NCBI RefSeq assembly: GCF_023055435.1
Contig: NW_025964301.1
Span: forward strand, 1,054,001 to 1,118,000
DNA: 64,000 nt
Direction: 5' to 3'
Source of the DNA: Haliotis rufescens
Taxonomy: Eukaryota
Position 1 is the first letter of the stretch, and each line of letters begins with the position of its first letter. The notes below the pieces were generated by a model. The model did not search any database. It saw only the letters and a list, made by a program, of their open reading frames with translations, and was not told where the DNA came from. Position numbers and translations under genes: made by a program. This document shows, in pieces, positions 59,229 to 64,000 of the stretch.

Positions 59229-59267
59229 AACTACTACTACTACTACTACTTCTACTACTGCTACTAC
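58958..59267. repeat. Two (TAC)n tracts flanking a SINE B fragment
   Basis: Read directly from the sequence. Confidence 0.9.
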
Positions 59268-59430
59268 AAAGGTCGTTCGATCATACCAATACATGACAGT
59301 CTGAAATATGCAGAGTGCGTCCCGTCGCAAATAAGTGCGTTTACAAATCATGTTTAAAAATTTCTGTATCTTCACTCTTCAAAGTCTCGGACGAGCCTAC
59401 TGCTGTGCCGACGGAGCTAACAGGTTGACT

Positions 59431-59870
59431 CTAAGCAGAAGACAAAGAACTGCTGTCGCCCGATGTCTCATTGCTTGAAAAAAAAGGTCCAAAACTAAAG
59501 CTTGGTTCTGGACCAAATGGGGGAATTGAGGACGGAGATCCACAATCTAGGTCACTTCTTCGTATTGGACGCGAATGTTGTCGTGCTGAATTGAGAACGC
59601 CAACAATGTCGTTTCGCTTGAGTTCAGCAAATGCAGCTATGAGGTCGTTTATCAGTTCATCTGGATTCCGGAGTTTATTTCTCCTTCTCCATTCAGTAAG
59701 AAGCTCCAAGCCAGGGTTGGATTTCATTCTCTCTGCTTTATCAAATATGGAGGTAATAGCATCAATCGAAAAGTTGAGTTCAAGACCCACACTTCTCCAT
59801 TCTGAATGTGGTAATATGTCCCCAAACGCTGCAAGACTTTTGTCGGTTAGAATTGGATGCATCTCCGCGC
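59431..59870 (-). CDS. Paralogue C last exon (death domain)
   Basis: TTTGTAG acceptor; HPILTDKSLAAFGDILPHSEWRSVGLELNF. Confidence 0.85.
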
Positions 59871-62800
59871 CTACAAACATGGACATTGATTTAATGTGCA
59901 TAAAGTGTGCATTGCAAGATCAATGTAGTAATTCAGTGGTGAAACGACTTTATACTGCCAGGAAAACGAATACGATTGAAAATTGGATGTGCCCTAAAAA
60001 TTACAAACGTCACCAACGTTACTAGGCTGAAAACAGTCCCCGAAACATCAAACTGAGGTCCAAAACACAAATATGATACTCTTTTAAATACATCATCATC
60101 GAATAACTATTTTTATTTTATTTTAGCCACAATAAAACATGAGTGTTTACTTTCCCTTGCCTGGGGCTCTTTAACTTAGTTATTGAATATGTCAAAAGAA
60201 ATTTACTTTGAGCAGACATTAAGGAGAACATATGATACTACCTGGAGAATGTCCTGGGGTACCATGGAAGGTTAGAGATGTTGCTCCAGAAGGCTCGCAG
60301 GAATAGGACCTACTCATTTGTCGGGGTTTCACAGAGGATGATTTCCTAGCAACGCTTCTTTTTGATTCCAATGGAAAGTATACTTTGTGATCGTCATGAC
60401 CCCAGAAGTATCGAACGTTTCCATTTTTTCCTTTGGAAGTAAAGTGAATAATAACTTTGTTGGTTCTTGCCATTCGGTTGAAATAAAAAGCATTCGTTGT
60501 AAATGATTTGTCATGACGCTTAATGCCTCCACCCAGATGAACTTTAATCTTGGTTTTATCTTTGAGTTCGATGTCCCTTGATCTGCTGTGCTTGACTTCC
60601 GTCATGCCATCGGTTCTGTGAAGTTCGACAGCTCGGCCCACCTTGGTGAATTCAACGCAGTCAACTAGAAGGTAGTTGACACCCCGGTGTTGATCATAGT
60701 CAATGAAGGTGAGGAGGACACACAGATTCAGCTTCCCGATGGCGTGTTTGGCCGCTATGGATATCTCTTCAATCGGAATGTTTCTCTGTACAGCGACACA
60801 GGCATACCTAAGGCAAATGAAATACAAATCTTCATGATAATTTAGTCGTAAATACGTAAAGACAACTTTAACATATGATAAATTTTCGATTAGTGTGAAA
60901 CATCTCAACATGAGTACGACATCCCTATTTGATAAAGTAAAGCTTAGGGTTGACAAAAACAACAATATCTTTCAATAAATATGAACCCGTGACGATCCGG
61001 GTTAGAATTTGATTTCAGCATCCCGTGTTTGTCGTAAGAGGCAACTAACGGGATCGGATGGTGAGCTTGGTTGATGCATGTCATTTGCGGAGATCGATGC
61101 TCAAAAACTAAATTGTCTGGGCCAGAACGCCGTCATATGGCTTGAGTATTGTTGAGTGCGGCGTTTAACTACGAACAAAGAAACGGGATTTCAGAGTACC
61201 TGCTGAATGAGGTGACCGGGGCTATGTAGGTATTGGCACCTCCTGTAACAGCATTTACAACTGTCACATCCTCCCCAACATCTTCACCCTCATCCTCATC
61301 ATTGTTCCAGTGTAGAAACATAACATCGCAATCCCCCTTCTCAAACTCAGCATCCACAGGAAGGCGTATCTTAGCATCTGCGCGGAGCTCCACTGATGGG
61401 CTGACTGTGAGAATGTTAGTGAACCCAACAATGCAGCGGAACTCTTCATTCTTCTTCTTATATTCTTCAAACCGTTGTTGGTCGATGATGTCCGTCTGAA
61501 CAAAAGTGTTAGTTACATCATTAACACTATCAAATTCTTTGAGAGGCTTGATAGCGGTGTAAGAACCTGGACAGAAACGTCGATCCTATTTGCAATAAAG
61601 AAGTTGTTCATCACTGTATCTTATCCTTACTTATTAATACCATTAAGTACAATGCACCATACACTCTGTGGAACCTTTATATACCCGCTTAACCAAATAT
61701 CACTATGTAAATTTTCATTTTGAGAATTTACGTTTTTTTGTGATCCCTGCTATTGATATTATCTGATTTATCAATATAAAGTACAACTTTTCAATGAAGT
61801 ATCTTTCATTAAGTATTGCGTCAATATTGTGGACTCAATTTTCGTGGTTAAATTTGCTTATCGTCTTAACAGTCAGGTTTGTTAATGTAACGTTATGATG
61901 GAATGTTTGATCCAAAATACACTTGCCACAATTATCAGCATGGTTTCTTCTTCAACAGCATGTTCAGGAAAGTCAATGGCAATTCTCTCGTCCTTCTCAG
62001 AGACAAACTTGTGACCTTTCGGCCCCACTGTGGCATATTCCGGTTTTAACTCCGCCGTCACACAAAACACGTCCATCTCTGTCAGTTTGCCATATACACA
62101 GCCGCCTTCCTGCAAGTGCGAATACCATAATATATAATGTGTAGAAACACTTCTTTCCCTGATCACTGATATATCAAAGATTATACTGTCATCATGTTCA
62201 ACCGATAAGAACTAGATAAGCATGTCTAAAAGTTGGGGCGTCTTCACTTCTTCATTTGCGACAGTTCAGCAAATGTATCCGTAGTAATTCACATGAAAAC
62301 ATATAATACCACATTTATACATGGGGTCATGGGTGGCCCAGTCGTCTAAGGCGCCGCAATTCGCTGTGCAGAGTTGCGTCCCTTTGGCATGCCAGAAACC
62401 TATGATTGTGGGTTCGAATCCCGGTTCGCCCTGATTATGTTCCTAGGTTTGTCAGCACCATACCCATGCTCGTGGGTTTCACCGAAGTGGTAAACGTCTG
62501 AGACCTGCATCACTTCGGACTTTCCTCCAACATTAAGCTGACACGCCGTGACATAACTGAAATACTGTTAAAAGCGGCGTTAAAATATATCTCACTCACA
62601 TTCATATATTACCCATGAGGGTGAACAAAAGTATCACTGAGGAAATACTGTTGTTTCAAGCTTATTGTTTATTGTTTTAATTAATAGCTACGTGTTGCCA
62701 CATCAATATTAAGTCTCTTTTAATGTCCATTTGGAGATGACGTCATTCATTGTTTATAACGTCAGTTTTTATGTGTCATTCCAACAATAGGTTGGCATGG

Positions 62801-63549
62801 CCTTTGTCTCTTTATGTGATCTTAAACTGACATTTGTCTACATTATAGTACGGTAAAAAAAGACAATTGGTAACAGGGTACAGCATCGGGTATTATCGCA
62901 TTTTGGAATGATAGGTTATCTGTTCGCCATGAATAAAAGTCCCACGTTGAAAAGCATACAGCTATTCCGAAATTTATTGTAACATTTAAATTATAGTGAG
63001 CTCGCAATGCTTGTATTTGTCAAAGCGAATCCAATATTTTTCTTGAAAGATTTATTGAGACAAGCGTCTGTGTTTTGAGCAACCTGTTCAATGGTTTTAG
63101 CCAAGCTTTGAAGAAGGACTTCACACATCGGAATACAATACATGTTTCAGGGCTATAGAATTGCAAACCGGGGCATACAAACCTTGTATTCTGCCGGTTC
63201 CAGGTGCCATTGTCCGCCAACCTTCATACAGTACGTAAACGTGTATAACACCTGGGGTGGAATGGATCGTTCTGGCATCTCCAGGGGAACAATCAGCTCC
63301 CCATCTGGAGGCAGAGTCTGGAGACTCTGGACAACCCTGTACACATCGGACACCAACAGCTGATCCTGGTGGAGTCCCAGCTGATCCAAGCACTCGTCGC
63401 GTTCCGCGGAGTGGAGAACCTTCACGTCAACGTTAGGGTCCTTTCTTTGTGTTGGGAGACCGAGGATAGTTTTCAAGCGTTCTTTGAACTGAGAGAACAA
63501 ACCTTGCTTTTCCTCGGTCTTATCAATCAGGTCTAATTTCGTCACATCT
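59431..63549 (-). CDS. ZU5-ZU5-UPA-Death domain protein, paralogue C, 5'-incomplete. Exons 63549-63183, 62109-61927, 61495-61200, 60807-60242, 59870-59431
   Basis: Exon-by-exon homology to A, with identical 367-nt and 183-nt exons in length and consistent phases; first exon lies beyond the window. Confidence 0.82.
60242..60807 (-). CDS. Paralogue C UPA-like exon
   Basis: CCTTAG acceptor, G|GTAGTA donor. Confidence 0.85.
61200..61495 (-). CDS. Paralogue C ZU5-B exon
   Basis: TDIIDQQRFEEY...VTSFS. Confidence 0.85.
61927..62109 (-). CDS. Paralogue C ZU5 junction exon
   Basis: TTGCAG acceptor; GCAAGT donor. Confidence 0.8.
62323..62600 (+). mobile_element. SINE B
   Basis: Family consensus. 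Confidence 0.85.
63183..63549 (-). CDS. Paralogue C ZU5-A exon
   Basis: Near-identical to 37684-38050. Confidence 0.85.
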
Positions 63550-63579
63550 CTGAAAAATAAAGAGAATGCAAGACAGTAG

Positions 63580-64000
63580 TCAGTGTGCTCATGGTTGATT
63601 TTTGTGTGCATGGTTGATCTTTGTTGATAGTGACATGTGTGTTCATAGTTGATATTTGTTGATAGAGATATTTTGTGCTCATGGTTGATATTTGTGTTAA
63701 TGGTTGATATTTGTTAAGAGTGATATTTGTGTTCATGGTTGACATTTGTGTTCATGGTTGATATTTGTGCTCATGATTGATATTTGTTAATCGTGATATT
63801 TGTGTTCATGGTTGATATTTGTTGTTTTTTGTTTGTTTTTCGTTATATTTGTGTTCATGGTTGACATTTGTGTTCATGGTTGATATTTTATATTACTGAT
63901 ATTTGTGCTCATGGTTGATATCTGATAATAGTGATATTTGTGCTCATGGTTAATATTTGATACTAGTGATATTTCTGTTCATGGTTCATATTTGTTCTTA
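63580..64000. repeat. Degenerate tandem repeat (GTTCATGGTTGATATTTGT), runs off the window
   Basis: Read directly from the sequence. Confidence 0.85.

Noticed and set aside
58944-59375. Poly-Tyr, poly-Leu and poly-Val ORFs
   Set aside because: Translations of (TAC)n microsatellites.

Overview
This is AT-rich eukaryotic DNA with spliced genes and dense SINE/MITE content. The repeat style suggests a marine invertebrate, probably a gastropod (inference only). Splice sites and reading phases were traced by hand. (1) A 5-exon GPATCH3 orthologue on + (6751-15571, 543 aa). (2) An arylsulfatase B-like gene with an intron-free CDS on + (23801-25333). (3) A head-to-tail cluster of at least three minus-strand paralogues encoding compact ZU5-ZU5-UPA-Death domain proteins (PIDD1/ankyrin/DTHD1-type module with no LRR or ankyrin repeats): copy A 28626-40857, copy B 45245-56547, and copy C 59431 to beyond 63549 (5' end outside the window). 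Notable points: the cluster keeps a PIDD-like [S]FS motif at the autoproteolysis position, needs GC-AG introns, and shows a 5'-polarised gene-conversion signature between A and C. In copy B both ends of one exon are amplified into tandem arrays, including ten 85-bp units that each carry branch point, acceptor, 19 nt and a donor-like GT. A similar exon-boundary minisatellite occurs in GPATCH3. The rest is tRNA-derived SINEs (several with target-site duplications, TSDs), MITEs, transposase relics, satellites and a 134-N gap.
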